Assembly (NCBI GenBank): GCA_041742135.1
Contig: JBGSJG010000001.1
Span: 67,151 to 131,150 of the forward strand
Source of the DNA: Patescibacteria group bacterium
GTDB lineage: Bacteria > Patescibacteriota > Microgenomatia > UBA8517
Length of the DNA: 64,000 nt
Reading direction: 5' to 3'
Below are positions 1-11,308 of the stretch, in pieces. A model generated the notes under the pieces. The model was not told where the DNA came from, did no database searches, and saw only the letters and a program-made list of their open reading frames with translations. The translations under genes were made by a program, and so were the position numbers. Position 1 is the stretch's first letter. Each line of letters starts with the position of its first letter.

Positions 1-1119
1 TTTTTTAGCGCGGACATCTGGACTTCCGACGTTGTATGGCAAATTGTATGGAGAGTTTTCTTTTCGACTTTAGCGCTAAGCTTATTAACTATCTATGCCG
101 CCTCCAAAATGCCGCATGCGTTTGCTTCTCCCATAGATATCATCGCGTCGAAGACAAGATGGCTTCTTTCGCCGTTTGCAATATTAAGCATTACTCTTAG
201 TGTCATTTTGAGCCTATTTTTAATTATTCAGGTAAAATTTTTGGGGGTTAACACCCTAAACGACCTGACGGCTTTTGGAATCCCTACCTTTTCTGAATAC
301 GTACGGCGCGGTTTTTTTGAACTATTATTTGTCACATTTATTGTCTATGGAGTGTCGGGTGCGGGCCTAGTTCTTTATCGAAATAATAAAGCAAGCAAGA
401 TTCATTTGTATACTAATTCTTTGCTAGTGGTTTTAAATATTCTTTTGGCAGCCTCAGCCCAAAGAAGAGTTCAGCTTTACACTCTTGAGCACGGGCTTAC
501 TCACATGCGAATTTACGGGACGATGTTTTTGTGGATTATTGTTTTACTTCTCGTTACGCTCCTTGCAAGGTATATTATCAAAACTCAAAAACTTCATCTT
601 ATTGAACTTGTTGGAGGAAGCCTCATTGTCCTACTCTTTTCTGTGGCCAATACAGATTATATTTTGGCACACATATCTCCACCCACGGTTAACCGCGAAG
701 TGGATTATAACTACTTGGCCCGTCTTTCAGCAGACGAAGCAGCTACTTGGATAGACGTAATCGAAACGGCCCAAAAAGAAACATTGCCACTTTTGTCACG
801 CGAGGCCCTAACAAGCGAGGAAAAAATAAAAATTGTTCGCACTAGCTGGGCCGTAAATAATGTATATTCTTCAATCGGCAGATTATCTTCTAAATATGGC
901 CCAGAAAGTGAGTCTGATCTGTTTTCTGATTACAATTTTTCTCGATATAAAAAATATACGATTTTGGATTACAACATAAGTGAAGCCAAGGCTTATCAAC
1001 TGGTAAAGGAGCGAACTAACTTCTCAGAACTAAAAGAGTCAAGAAAAGCATTCGAAGACGCAGCTATGAGCCCACGCGTTTACGATTCATTGCCTCGGGA
1101 CATTTATCAGTTTAACTAA
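1..1119 (+). CDS. Polytopic membrane protein of unknown function, 5' partial. The frame is open from base 1, so the gene continues upstream of the window.
   Basis: The ORF track gives 109..1119. The same frame has no stop back to position 1. There are several N-terminal hydrophobic helices followed by a soluble C-terminal region. No family was recognised. Confidence 0.45.
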   Translation, partial: FFSADIWTSDVVWQIVWRVFFSTLALSLLTIYAASKMPHAFASPIDIIASKTRWLLSPFAILSITLSVILSLFLIIQVKFLGVNTLNDLTAFGIPTFSEYVRRGFFELLFVTFIVYGVSGAGLVLYRNNKASKIHLYTNSLLVVLNILLAASAQRRVQLYTLEHGLTHMRIYGTMFLWIIVLLLVTLLARYIIKTQKLHLIELVGGSLIVLLFSVANTDYILAHISPPTVNREVDYNYLARLSADEAATWIDVIETAQKETLPLLSREALTSEEKIKIVRTSWAVNNVYSSIGRLSSKYGPESESDLFSDYNFSRYKKYTILDYNISEAKAYQLVKERTNFSELKESRKAFEDAAMSPRVYDSLPRDIYQFN

Positions 1120-1123
1120 ACGC

Positions 1124-1603
1124 TTACCACCTGAAGTGAGAAAATGCTCGGTTGGCTTCTGCGATGCGCTCCATCTCTTCGCGCTTTTTAACAGCTCCGC
1201 CTTCATTTTTAACAGCTTCCATAATTTCAGCTGCGAGTTTTTCAGCAAATGTATGATACTGAGAATTAGACCTTCCTCGTGCAGCTTCAATTAACCAACG
1301 AATCGCCAAACTGTCTTGTCGTGGCCCTCGAACTGGAACAGGTACCTGATAAGCCGCACCACCGACACGGCGGGGGCGAACTTCCATTGATGGGCGAATT
1401 ATTCCTATTGCCTCGTGGAATACTTCTAGTGGCTCGCGACCAAGCTCTTTTTTGATAAGCTCAAAAGCTCCATAAACCTGAGATTGTGTTACAGATTTTT
1501 TGCCATCATACATGGCTCGATTTATAAGTTTTGAGACCAAAATATCTTTATAAACTGGATCTTTTTGAACTTTTCTTTTTCTTGCTGGTCCTCGTCTTGG
1601 CAT
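1124..1603 (-). CDS. rpsG: 30S ribosomal protein S7
   Basis: Translation MPRRGPARKRKVQKDPVYKD...YQVPVPV... is a typical S7. It sits immediately downstream of rpsL. Confidence 0.95.
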   Translation of the reverse strand: MPRRGPARKRKVQKDPVYKDILVSKLINRAMYDGKKSVTQSQVYGAFELIKKELGREPLEVFHEAIGIIRPSMEVRPRRVGGAAYQVPVPVRGPRQDSLAIRWLIEAARGRSNSQYHTFAEKLAAEIMEAVKNEGGAVKKREEMERIAEANRAFSHFRW

Positions 1604-1605
1604 AT

Positions 1606-2052
1606 TTAATTAGCTGCTGCAACTGGCGCTGCGGCTGCTCCTCCTCCTTCTCTTTTGGCTCCATAGCGCGATCTGGAAGTCTTTCTTCCTACCACGCCTT
1701 TAGTATCAAGCTTTCCACGAACAACTTGGTAACGAACTCCTGACAAATCTTTTACGCGCCCGGCACGAACCACAACAACCGAGTGCTCAGCCAAGTCATG
1801 GCCTTCTCCCGGGATATAAGCCGTAATTTCTTGTTTATTTGATAACCTGACACGAGCAACTTTGCGAAGTGCCGAATTAGGTTTTCTAGGAGTCATTGTG
1901 CGCACTGCCAAAACAACTCCGCGCTTAAAAGGAGATGAAATGGTTTTGAATTTTCTGTCTTTTGCACTAAACCAGCGCTTGAGAGCCGCGGCTCGCGCCT
2001 TCTTTTTGACGTCTTTTCTACCTTTTCTAACTAGTTGTGATGCTGTTGGCAT
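1606..2052 (-). CDS. rpsL: 30S ribosomal protein S12
   Basis: Translation [18 protein letters not shown]...[18 protein letters not shown]... is a canonical S12. It lies 3 bp downstream of rpoBC. Confidence 0.95.
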   Translation of the reverse strand: MPTASQLVRKGRKDVKKKARAAALKRWFSAKDRKFKTISSPFKRGVVLAVRTMTPRKPNSALRKVARVRLSNKQEITAYIPGEGHDLAEHSVVVVRAGRVKDLSGVRYQVVRGKLDTKGVVGRKTSRSRYGAKREGGGAAAAPVAAAN

Positions 2053-2054
2053 AA

Positions 2055-5000
2055 TTATATTCTCAAACTGGCTCGCTCAGCGTCTACTGGGATGAGTCGG
2101 CCGATTATAACATTTTCTTTGAGGCCTAGTAACTTGTCCTTTTTACCCATGAGAGCTGCGTTGGCCAAAATGTCCGTTGTTTGCTCAAAGCTGGCTGCTG
2201 ACAACCAACTGCTGGTATAAAGTGCACGGCGGGTAATACCCAAAACTGTCTGGCGCGCGCTCGCCGGCTCTCCACCCGCGGCAAGTACTGCTTCGTTGTC
2301 TTCTTCAAAAGTTGCCTTCTCAACTTGATCTCCAGGCAAAAGGGAAGAGTCACCCGCTGTTGTGATTTTGACTTCATCGCTCATCTTTCTGACCATGACC
2401 TCAAAATGGCGGTCGTTAATCGAAATTCCCTGTGATTCGTAAACAGTCTGCAGTTCACGGACCAAATATTCCTGAGCGGCTTTGAGTCCTCTGATTTGAA
2501 GGATTTCTTTAATATCCAAAAATCCACTTGCGAGCTGAGTTCCTGCGGGTATTAACTGGCCTTCTTCAACCAAAAGTTTGCTGGTTTTAGGAATCATATA
2601 TTCGCGCTCTTCGGCTGGCTTGGTTTCAGTACCGATAAGCTTTACGTTCCAACCATCTTCCAGCTCTTCAATTGCAATCTTGCCTGCAATATCAGAAAGT
2701 GGCGAGAGTGATTTTGGAATTCTAGCCTCAAAAAGCTCCTCGACACGAGGCAAACCTTGGGTAACGTCAACACCGATAACTCCTCCAGAATGCTTGGTTC
2801 TCATGGTCAACTGAGTGCCTGGCTCGCCGATTGACTGAGCTGCGACAACTCCAACTGGAACTCCAATTTCGACGTCTTTTTTGGTAGACAAATCCCAACC
2901 GTAACACTTGGTACAAACACCATACCTAGACTTACAAGTAAGCGGTGAGAAAATTGAAACTGACTCTATTTCGGGAACTTCCCCAATCGCTTTTGCCATT
3001 TTCTCTGTGATAATTTCGCCTTTTTTGGCCAAAACTTCTTTACCATTTACCACATCAGCCGCGGCATAACGGCCCATCAAACGATCAGAAAATGCCTTAG
3101 CTCGCTCAGCTCGATAGATGACCAAAGATTCCTCTGTCTTACAATCAACCTCGCGAACCAAAACGTCGTGGGAAACGTCAACCAAGCGGCGAGTCAAATA
3201 CCCCGCGTCTGCGGTCTTTAGAGCCGTATCGGTCAAACCCTTACGAGATCCACGTCCGCTGGCGACGTATTCGAATACCGAAAGTCCTTCGCGGAAGTTA
3301 CTCTTAACAGGCAATTCGACAATTTTTCCGAGAGGATCCGTCACAAGTCCTCGCATACCCGCCAACTGCTTGATCTGATCGCGCGATGTACGACCGACTT
3401 TTGCATCAATAACCATTCTGACTGGACCATTTGGATCCACAAGCTCCCAAGTGCTGTCGGCAATTTGCTCTGTTGTCTCAATCCAGATAGCTTGAACCAA
3501 GCGTTTCTTTTCTTCGTTTGTAATTAAGCCCTGAGCAAAATTTGTTTCGATGACCGCTGCGCGCTCGTTGGCGGCTTCGATCATTTTGTTCTTTTCAGGA
3601 TGAACCTGAGCGTCGGAAATACCGAAGGAAAGCCCAGAAAGTGTGCCTCCCACAAATCCAATGTCCTTAATGTCGTCAATAAGCTGGATAACACGGTCAT
3701 GCTCGACTCGGCTGAAAGATTCGTCGACCAAGCCTTTGATAAGCCCTGAGTCCACGTTTTGGTTCACATAAGTGAATCCCTCGGGCAAAATTTCATTAAA
3801 CAAAATGCGGCCGACTGTAGTGTCAATTACTTTGCTGCCAATCCTTACACTTATGGTCTGGCGAATTCTGATCTTGCCAACCTGATAAGCAATAATCGCC
3901 TCGCGAGGTCCATAAAAGACAGTGTTGTGTGCTGGGATCTTATCATCCAAGCTTGTAAAGTAATAAACTCCCAAGGCAATTTCTTTTGATGCAGGAGCGG
4001 TCATTGGAACACCGCTTGCGGGGGATAATAAATTGCGATCAGAAAGCATCAAATCACGGGCTTCTTCGATAGCTTTGGTGGAAAGTGGCAAATGAATAGC
4101 CATTTGATCTCCATCAAAGTCTGCATTGTAGCCCTTACAAACTGCTGGATGGATTCGAATTGCGCTTCCTTCAATCAAAACCGGATAGAAAGCTTGAATA
4201 CCAAGTTTATGTAAAGTAGGTGCACGATTAAGCAAAACCGGGTGATTTTTGGTAATTTCTTCCAAAATATCAAACACCTCCGGCGGTCGCCTCTCGAGCA
4301 TGTTCTTGGCGGACTTCACATTTGGCGCAATACCTCGAGTAATCATTTCGCGAAGCACAAATGGCTTGGCAATTTCAAGCATCATGTCTTTTGGAATACC
4401 ACACTGGTTAAGCTTAAGCTCTGGTCCAACAACGATGACTGAACGTCCGGAATAATCCACGCGCTTACCCAAAAGATTTTGGCGGAATCGGCCTTGTTTA
4501 CCCTTGAGCATGTCTGACAGTGAGCGAAGCGGCTGCCTGCCTCGGCCACGGCGAGTGGCTTTTCTTTGCGATGCGTCAATCAATGAGTCCACTGACTCCT
4601 GAAGCATGCGCTTTTCATTACGCAGAATAATCTCAGGAGCACCAAGATTAATTAAGTGCTTTAGACGATTGTTGCGATTTATTACTCGGCGATACAAATC
4701 ATTCAAATCGCTTGTAGCAAAGCGTCCACCCGAAAGCTGAACCATAGGTCGAAGGTCAGGTGGCAAAACTGGCAATACTTTGATTACCATCCAAGCTGGG
4801 CTGGTTTTGGCAAGGCGCATGCCATCAACAATCTTTAACCTCTTGGTAAGTTTTAGGTACCTTGCTCCTCGACCTTTAATTGTGTCGATTTCAGATCTAA
4901 CTGACTTGGCTTCCTCATCCAAATTAAGCTTCTCCAAGCCTTCCAAAAGTGCTTCGGCGCCCATTTTTACGGTTACGAAGTCGGAAACTCCATAATTTGC

Positions 5001-8000
5001 TAATTGATCATATTCTTCCTCAGTCAAAAAGCCGTGAGGCTTAACGTCTTTGACAATCGAGCTAAGCTTGCCAAAAAGCTCGTCTGTCTTTTCCCCCGTT
5101 GAGCGCTCTTCTTCGTTTAATGCGGTAATGCGCTTTCTGGTATCAAGCTCCACCTCAGACAAAGCCAAAGCTAACTGATCTTTGTCCTTAGTTCTATTTT
5201 TAACTTTCTCTTCCCTCTCTTTAGCATCAGTTAAAGTCAATTCTCTCTTCTCCTTGTAAGACTGCTTAGATTCGATCGATTTATCAGCACGGATCTTTTC
5301 AAGCGTCTTCATAGCATCTTTTCTGCCATCAACATCGACCGACATGACAAAATATCTTGCAAAATACACAACTTGCTCAACAGCACGAGGAGGCAAATCC
5401 AAAAGCAAAGAAATCTTGCTTGGAGCGCCTTTAAAGTACCAAACGTGTGCAACTGGAGCTGCTAAAGAAATGTGCCCCATTCGCTCGCGTCGTACTCGGG
5501 ATTCTGTGACTTCTACTCCACACTTGTCGCAAACTACGCCTTTATAGCGAATTCTCTTGTACTTTCCACAATAACATTCCCAATCCTTGGTAGGCCCGAA
5601 AATACGCTCATCAAAAAGACCGTCTTTTTCTGGCTTGAGAGTTCGATAATTAATCGTTTCAGGCTTTACCACTTCACCGCGTGACCATGCTCGAATGTCC
5701 TCAGGTGAGGCAAGTTTGATCTGAAGCGAAGTTACATCTTCCAAATTGCGAAGCTGCATCAAAGGATCCGTGTGCTTTTTGTTTGCATCCTGTTTCGAAG
5801 CTTGCTCGCCTTCTTGTACTTCTTCGCCTTCAATTACAGTCTCGGCTGCAGCGACACCTTCAATATTGATCGCCAAGCCCAAAGAATTAAGTTCACGAAT
5901 TAATACTTTAAAGCTTTCAGGAACTTTTGCTTCAGGAATAGGTTCGCCTTTCACAATTGCGCCGAATGCCTGAGCACGGCCGACGATATCGTCAGACTTG
6001 ATAGTCAACATTTCCTGAAGAGTATGGGATGCGCGATGAGCTTCAAGTGCCCAAACTTCCATCTCCCCAAGTCTCTGGCCTCCCATTTGGGCTTTTCCAC
6101 CCAAAGGCTGTTGCGTAACGAGAGAATATGGCCCGGTCGAACGAGCGTGAGTTTTATCCTCAATCATGTGCTTAAGCTTGAGGATATATCCAATTCCTAC
6201 AACGGTTTTTTCTTCAAAGGCCTGACCGGTCTTTCCATCATAGAGCTGGACCTTACCGTCACCTGGAAGACCAACGCTCTCGAGTTCTTTTGAAATAATA
6301 TCTTCAGGAATTTCGTCAAAAACTGGAAGCGCACCTTTTTGGCCTTTTTTGCTCAAGGCCCAACCCAAATGTGTTTCCAAAAGTTGTCCCAAATTCATAC
6401 GTGCCAAAACGGAAAGAGGAGAAATTATAAGATCCACCGGAGTACCATCTTCCAAGTAAGGCATGTCTTCAGTTGGCATGATCTTGGCGATAACACCTTT
6501 GTTTCCATGTCGACCTGCGAGTTTGTCTCCAACGCTGACTTTGCGAAGCTGAGCTACTTTAACAACAACGCTCTTCATAACGCCAGGCCCGAGCTCGTCG
6601 CCATGGTCTTTATCAAGTATTGTTACGTCAACTACAATTCCACCTTCACCATGAGGAACTCGAAGTGAAGTATCGCGAACTTCACGGGCTTTCTCTCCAA
6701 ATATTGCGCGAAGAAGTCGCTCTTCTGAGTTAAGCTCAGTTTCCCCTTTTGGAGCGATCTTGCCTACCAAAATATCATTCGGGCCAACTTCGCTTCCTAC
6801 AACCACAATTCCATCTTCGGCCAAGTTTGAAAGTTCCATTTCAGCAACATTAGGAATATCTCGAGTGAGCTCTTCAGGCCCGAGCTTGGTCTCAACCATG
6901 TCTGCTTGGTATTCCTTAATGTGAATTGAAGTCAAAAGATCATCTTTTACCAAGCGGTTAGAAACCAAAATAGCATCTTCAAAGCCGTACCCACCGTAGT
7001 TTGCATAAGCCACAACTAAGTTTTGACCCAAGGCAAGTTCCCCGCCTTCGCAAGCAGGTCCATCAGCCAAAAGATCGCCTTTTTTAACTTCCTGGCCACT
7101 AATAACTCTAGTCTTTTGATTATAAGAAGTGGATTGCGCAGTACGCTTAAACTTACTTAGTGTGTAGGTCGCCTTATCACCTTTTTCCGAAATCTCAACC
7201 AAATCTGTACTTGTTTGCTCAGTCGGCTTGGCGAGTTTAATCTCAATTTTGTCTGCATCTGAATAACTTACTACTCCGTCATAATCGCTTCTTATTACGC
7301 GTCCCATTGCGCCAGCAACCGTGGCCTCCATTCCAGTTCCCACAACTGGAGCACCCGGATTAACCAAAGGAACAGCTTGGCACTGCATGTTGCTACCCAT
7401 GAGTGCACGGTTACCTTCATCGTGTGACAAAAATGGAATCAAAGATGCGGAAGCACCAAAAACTTGTCTTGGTGAAATATCTACATAATCAAGAAGGGTT
7501 GCGCTTCCTTCCAAAAACTCTCCGCGAAGCCTATAAGGTACGCGATCAGCTGTAATAAACCCCTTCGCGTCCACCGGAACATTGCTATGACTGATGTGAG
7601 CCTCTTGATCGTCGTCTGCCGTCATGTAAACAATTTCATCAGTGACACGGACTGATGTTTTACCATTTTTCTCAATCTTCTCGACTTTTTTGTATGGAGT
7701 TTCCAAAAATCCATACTCATTTACTCGGGCATAAAGCGCAAGATATGTAACAAGTCCGATGTTTGGCCCCTCGGGAGATCTGACTGGATCGATTCGGCCG
7801 TACTGAGAAGAATTGATGTCGCGAATTGAAAAACTTGCGCGCTCACGATTAATTCCGCCGGGTCCCAAAACCGAAACACGCCTTAAGTTGTCAATTTCTG
7901 AAAGTGGATTAGTATCGTCAAGAATTGTAGAGAGCTGATTGGATCTAAAAAACTCATTAATAGCAGCAACCAATGGTCTGGCGTTAATCAAACTTTGAGG

Positions 8001-9083
8001 CATTGGCTTGTCATCTGGAGAAATTAAACTCATTTTCTCCTTCACCGAACGCTCAAGCCGGAGTAAACCAACGCGGAAAGCGTGGGTCGCAACTAATTCG
8101 CCAACTCTCCTAAGCCTACGATTAGAAAGATGGTCAATATCGTCAATGTGGCCTTCACCATTTTGAAGACCAATCAAATATTGAAGTGTGGCAACCACAT
8201 CTTCACGAGTCAAAATCCATGTTTCTTTCTGGTTGGCAAGTGTAAGCTTTAAGCGTTTGTTGATTTTGTACCTTCCTACGCGTCCGAGGTCGTATCTTCG
8301 TGCGTCAAAAAACAAACTGGTAAAAAGTGTCTCGGCATTGTCAATAACTGCCGGCTCCCCAGGACGAAGCTTTCTGTAAATCTCCAAAAGTGCCTCTTCA
8401 CGAGTAGCAGTGTTGTCTTTTTCGATCGTTTTGGCAATATACTTGTGGTTTTCATCACGATCGACCCCAGCGAAGACTTCCTCCATCTGCTTCTGGGAAA
8501 CTCCCAAAGCACGAAGGAGTGTTGCGGCGTTTACTTTTCGTCTCTTGTCGATTCTGGCCGAAATTACGTCGGCGCGAGAAATCTCAAATTCAAGCCATGA
8601 ACCATGTAAGGGGCGGACTTCAGCTGTGTGAAGAAGTCTTCCGGAAGAGCGATCCCGGCTCCCAGCAAAATAAATACCAGGAGAGCGCACAATTTGGTTA
8701 ATGACTGCTCGCTCGATGCCGTTTATGACAAATGTTCCAGAAGAAGTCATTTGTGGAATATTTCCAAAAAAGACTTCTTGGTCGACTGATTCTCCTGTGC
8801 GCTTGTTGATTAAAGTTGTATTAATCTTAAATGGTGCAGAAAAAGTTAGACCCTTTTCTAAAGCGAACTTCGGAGAATTTTTAGGAGCTTCTAGGGTATG
8901 TTCCCCTAAAATAAGCTGCCAATTTTTACCTGTAAAATCGTCAATTGGGGTAATTTGGGCAATTTCCTGAGAAATTCCCTCGGTTAAAAACCAATCCCAG
9001 CTGTCTCTTTGAACCAACGCAAGATCAAGTTTGGGGAGATCTTTTTCATCTTTTCCAAAGTTTCTTCGTTGTGCTTTAAGCAT
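2055..9083 (-). CDS. rpoBC: DNA-directed RNA polymerase beta-beta' fusion: a single 2342-aa ORF spanning rpoB and rpoC
   Basis: The N-terminal half carries rpoB motifs (…[21 protein letters not shown]…, …NMQCQAVPL…). A linker …[23 protein letters not shown]… has no stop. The C-terminal half starts with rpoC motifs (…[43 protein letters not shown]…[10 protein letters not shown]…). Confidence 0.9.
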   Translation of the reverse strand: MLKAQRRNFGKDEKDLPKLDLALVQRDSWDWFLTEGISQEIAQITPIDDFTGKNWQLILGEHTLEAPKNSPKFALEKGLTFSAPFKINTTLINKRTGESVDQEVFFGNIPQMTSSGTFVINGIERAVINQIVRSPGIYFAGSRDRSSGRLLHTAEVRPLHGSWLEFEISRADVISARIDKRRKVNAATLLRALGVSQKQMEEVFAGVDRDENHKYIAKTIEKDNTATREEALLEIYRKLRPGEPAVIDNAETLFTSLFFDARRYDLGRVGRYKINKRLKLTLANQKETWILTREDVVATLQYLIGLQNGEGHIDDIDHLSNRRLRRVGELVATHAFRVGLLRLERSVKEKMSLISPDDKPMPQSLINARPLVAAINEFFRSNQLSTILDDTNPLSEIDNLRRVSVLGPGGINRERASFSIRDINSSQYGRIDPVRSPEGPNIGLVTYLALYARVNEYGFLETPYKKVEKIEKNGKTSVRVTDEIVYMTADDDQEAHISHSNVPVDAKGFITADRVPYRLRGEFLEGSATLLDYVDISPRQVFGASASLIPFLSHDEGNRALMGSNMQCQAVPLVNPGAPVVGTGMEATVAGAMGRVIRSDYDGVVSYSDADKIEIKLAKPTEQTSTDLVEISEKGDKATYTLSKFKRTAQSTSYNQKTRVISGQEVKKGDLLADGPACEGGELALGQNLVVAYANYGGYGFEDAILVSNRLVKDDLLTSIHIKEYQADMVETKLGPEELTRDIPNVAEMELSNLAEDGIVVVGSEVGPNDILVGKIAPKGETELNSEERLLRAIFGEKAREVRDTSLRVPHGEGGIVVDVTILDKDHGDELGPGVMKSVVVKVAQLRKVSVGDKLAGRHGNKGVIAKIMPTEDMPYLEDGTPVDLIISPLSVLARMNLGQLLETHLGWALSKKGQKGALPVFDEIPEDIISKELESVGLPGDGKVQLYDGKTGQAFEEKTVVGIGYILKLKHMIEDKTHARSTGPYSLVTQQPLGGKAQMGGQRLGEMEVWALEAHRASHTLQEMLTIKSDDIVGRAQAFGAIVKGEPIPEAKVPESFKVLIRELNSLGLAINIEGVAAAETVIEGEEVQEGEQASKQDANKKHTDPLMQLRNLEDVTSLQIKLASPEDIRAWSRGEVVKPETINYRTLKPEKDGLFDERIFGPTKDWECYCGKYKRIRYKGVVCDKCGVEVTESRVRRERMGHISLAAPVAHVWYFKGAPSKISLLLDLPPRAVEQVVYFARYFVMSVDVDGRKDAMKTLEKIRADKSIESKQSYKEKRELTLTDAKEREEKVKNRTKDKDQLALALSEVELDTRKRITALNEEERSTGEKTDELFGKLSSIVKDVKPHGFLTEEEYDQLANYGVSDFVTVKMGAEALLEGLEKLNLDEEAKSVRSEIDTIKGRGARYLKLTKRLKIVDGMRLAKTSPAWMVIKVLPVLPPDLRPMVQLSGGRFATSDLNDLYRRVINRNNRLKHLINLGAPEIILRNEKRMLQESVDSLIDASQRKATRRGRGRQPLRSLSDMLKGKQGRFRQNLLGKRVDYSGRSVIVVGPELKLNQCGIPKDMMLEIAKPFVLREMITRGIAPNVKSAKNMLERRPPEVFDILEEITKNHPVLLNRAPTLHKLGIQAFYPVLIEGSAIRIHPAVCKGYNADFDGDQMAIHLPLSTKAIEEARDLMLSDRNLLSPASGVPMTAPASKEIALGVYYFTSLDDKIPAHNTVFYGPREAIIAYQVGKIRIRQTISVRIGSKVIDTTVGRILFNEILPEGFTYVNQNVDSGLIKGLVDESFSRVEHDRVIQLIDDIKDIGFVGGTLSGLSFGISDAQVHPEKNKMIEAANERAAVIETNFAQGLITNEEKKRLVQAIWIETTEQIADSTWELVDPNGPVRMVIDAKVGRTSRDQIKQLAGMRGLVTDPLGKIVELPVKSNFREGLSVFEYVASGRGSRKGLTDTALKTADAGYLTRRLVDVSHDVLVREVDCKTEESLVIYRAERAKAFSDRLMGRYAAADVVNGKEVLAKKGEIITEKMAKAIGEVPEIESVSIFSPLTCKSRYGVCTKCYGWDLSTKKDVEIGVPVGVVAAQSIGEPGTQLTMRTKHSGGVIGVDVTQGLPRVEELFEARIPKSLSPLSDIAGKIAIEELEDGWNVKLIGTETKPAEEREYMIPKTSKLLVEEGQLIPAGTQLASGFLDIKEILQIRGLKAAQEYLVRELQTVYESQGISINDRHFEVMVRKMSDEVKITTAGDSSLLPGDQVEKATFEEDNEAVLAAGGEPASARQTVLGITRRALYTSSWLSAASFEQTTDILANAALMGKKDKLLGLKENVIIGRLIPVDAERASLRI

Positions 9084-9164
9084 GAGGTAATATTTGGCCT
9101 TTTGTACGCAAAAACTCGCCCCGTGAGAAGCGAGACTAGCCTACATTTAGTACGCCTATAGGGC

Positions 9165-9192
9165 AGTATATAAGAAAATAGCAATTTGTCAA
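9165..9192 (-). promoter_or_regulatory. Candidate sigma70-type promoter for rpoBC: -35 TTGACA, a 16-nt spacer and -10 TATACT, read on the minus strand
   Basis: Reverse complement of 9187..9192 is TTGACA and of 9165..9170 is TATACT. This lies in the 116-bp gap upstream of the rpoBC ATG, leaving a leader of about 75 nt. Confidence 0.45.
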
Positions 9193-9199
9193 CAGCTTC

Positions 9200-10123
9200 T
9201 TAACTGCGAGATTTAAGATGGTCAGGCAGGCAACCATTAAGAGCATCACCGGCATCCCGGACTGAAGGCTGTCCATTTTTAGATACTAAATAATAATGGT
9301 CGTTCATCTCTGGCGCATAGCCACCTGCCGTTATGCCTCCAAAAATTTCAAGCTCGCGCATAGCCTCAAGCGCAAAGAGAGAGCCTTTGTGGCTAGTGAC
9401 AACATTCCATATATCGACCCGTCGCGGGACAATGCCTTTGTGTCTAAGATATGTTAAGTTGGCCACAACTGAGGCGAACGTAGCTCCTGCTGGGTCTGGA
9501 ATTATCACGTCTGCTCCGTCAAGTTGCTTCATCTGCCGAGGCTCAAAATATGATATCCCGATACCGATATCTCCTGGCGTTTCTCCCTTGAGTGGTAACC
9601 TTTTTGTTTGAATTAAAACCTGATCTGTGTACGATACTCCAACCATTTCCCCGGCCACAAGTCCGGCTCTTACTAAACCCAAAACACGCGCGTCTTGGGG
9701 CCTAAAGCCAGATCTCTCAGCAATAGATCTGAAAATATGCTGATTATGACGGTAATACTCGCTACATGCTTTTGGATCCCCATAGAAATCCGTCGTAGCA
9801 ATGTCTGAGATACAAGCAACGGCCTCCTTAATAGTGGGATCGACAAACTCAAGAATAGATATACCTTCAGGTGGTGGGTTATTGAGACCCCATTGATCCT
9901 CTTCGCTAACTCTTGTGCTCTTCATTCCTTTGGCCACGAAAGTGCCACCAAAATTAACAACAACATCAAAGTCACGAGGGCCATGGTACGATTCTTCAAC
10001 TCTGTCAGAAACATCTAGCTTCTCACCATTTTGAGAGGTTTCAATTATTACTTTATGTTCACCCAATAAAACCTCTTCTTGATTTATCCCACTCGTATAA
10101 TGGTAGATATCTGGGTTTGCCAT
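9200..10123 (-). CDS. Uracil phosphoribosyltransferase-like protein with an N-terminal extension of about 110 aa
   Basis: The C-terminal half matches UPRTase signatures (…DVIIPDPAGATFASVVANL…, …PEMNDHYYLV…DAGD…). The ORF track start at 10189 overlaps the upstream gene by 56 nt. An internal Met (MANPDIYHY) at 10123 removes the overlap. Confidence 0.55.
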   Translation of the reverse strand: MANPDIYHYTSGINQEEVLLGEHKVIIETSQNGEKLDVSDRVEESYHGPRDFDVVVNFGGTFVAKGMKSTRVSEEDQWGLNNPPPEGISILEFVDPTIKEAVACISDIATTDFYGDPKACSEYYRHNQHIFRSIAERSGFRPQDARVLGLVRAGLVAGEMVGVSYTDQVLIQTKRLPLKGETPGDIGIGISYFEPRQMKQLDGADVIIPDPAGATFASVVANLTYLRHKGIVPRRVDIWNVVTSHKGSLFALEAMRELEIFGGITAGGYAPEMNDHYYLVSKNGQPSVRDAGDALNGCLPDHLKSRS

Positions 10124-10133
10124 GTTGTTAAAT

Positions 10134-11204
10134 TTATCCTTGACAGATCGTAAACGGCGGCCAATGGCCAAGACGGTTCCACCTATCAACTATTTCTCGT
10201 CTCTTTCTTCCGACCTCAGTATTGTCTTCCGGTACCAATCTGGTCCAGTCTTTTACATTTCCTACACCCAATCTGCCGTCTTCTGTACGCATGGCACCTT
10301 TTCCGTCAATGATAGGGAAAAGGCCTCCAACGTACATTTGGCCACCATTTTCAACACTGTTGGGTTTTGTGTTATTGTGGAACGCTTGCATTGCATATCT
10401 TGTCGCCGCCAAACCGATCGCATGGGGAGCTTTAAAGATCACACTATCACCATATCTTTCAGCCCAATTACGCAGTATTTGCATCGTCGCTCTCGCGGTG
10501 CTTCCCGTAGCAAAAGTATCATCAACCAGCAAGACTCTGCCGAATAGACTAGGAATATTACCTAAACGACCACCTATGTAAACCTTACCCTTTGGTGTAA
10601 CTATTCGCTTGGTTTCAATACATGCCCTCATGTATTCGTTAGGTGCTATTCCTGAGTCTTCCATGGCAAGCTCAACGACAGCTTGCGGAAAAAGTCCACC
10701 TCCCAGAGGGAAAACAAAAAGCATATCCCCCCTAGAAAAAATTTCAGGATCAGCTTTTTGTGCATCGCTTATAAATTCACTCGCAACATGCTTTAAGACT
10801 AAAGCCGCGTTCTCTTGATAAAGTGCCCGTTGTTCCGGATCACTACTATTCCCGTCGTTGGCAAGCTGCGTGAGTGTCGATAAACTCTGATTTATCTCTT
10901 GTGCAGCCTGCTCCTGCTCAGGCTTTTCTGCTATCTGAAGCACGGTTCCATGCTCAGTAGTCCTTCGATCGCCAAGACCCATATCCGCCTGACTCCCGAG
11001 CATTGCATCTGCCGAAGGAAAACGAAATCTGCAGTCATAATAACTTTCTTCTCCAACTAGTGGCGGCTCCTTTAAAACAATCCCCATTCTGCCAGGAACA
11101 CTATCAGATTTAACTATCTTATGATCTTTTTTTCTGATTAACCCCGCAATTCTTTCTATCATTTCAAAAAAAGAGCCTTTCGGCTCTATTTCCCTCCTTT
11201 CCAA
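10134..11204 (-). CDS. Type I phosphoribosyltransferase-domain protein with an N-terminal extension of about 170 aa; specificity unknown
   Basis: It carries the PRPP-binding motif VLLVDDTFATGSTA, typical of type I PRTases. The N-terminal region has no recognised family. Confidence 0.5.
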   Translation of the reverse strand: MERREIEPKGSFFEMIERIAGLIRKKDHKIVKSDSVPGRMGIVLKEPPLVGEESYYDCRFRFPSADAMLGSQADMGLGDRRTTEHGTVLQIAEKPEQEQAAQEINQSLSTLTQLANDGNSSDPEQRALYQENAALVLKHVASEFISDAQKADPEIFSRGDMLFVFPLGGGLFPQAVVELAMEDSGIAPNEYMRACIETKRIVTPKGKVYIGGRLGNIPSLFGRVLLVDDTFATGSTARATMQILRNWAERYGDSVIFKAPHAIGLAATRYAMQAFHNNTKPNSVENGGQMYVGGLFPIIDGKGAMRTEDGRLGVGNVKDWTRLVPEDNTEVGRKRREIVDRWNRLGHWPPFTICQG

Positions 11205-11308
11205 TGTTGCTTACGTTTACGCACTAGGAAAAACTTTAAACTTATCCCTGAGGTTCTTCAACGATATTGGTCACTTACTGAAGCCATTGATTGATATATA
11301 ATTATCTT

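Noticed and set aside
2126-8970. Numerous 60–110-aa ORFs on the plus strand and in other frames inside the rpoBC interval, for example 3118..3378, 6339..6668 and 8701..8970.
   Set aside because: They are shadow ORFs antisense to, or out of frame with, a very high-confidence 7-kb gene. Their composition is low-complexity and no motifs are present.
10122-10818. Plus-strand ORFs of 141, 119 and 69 aa.
   Set aside because: They are antisense to the well-supported PRTase gene carrying VLLVDDTFATGST.
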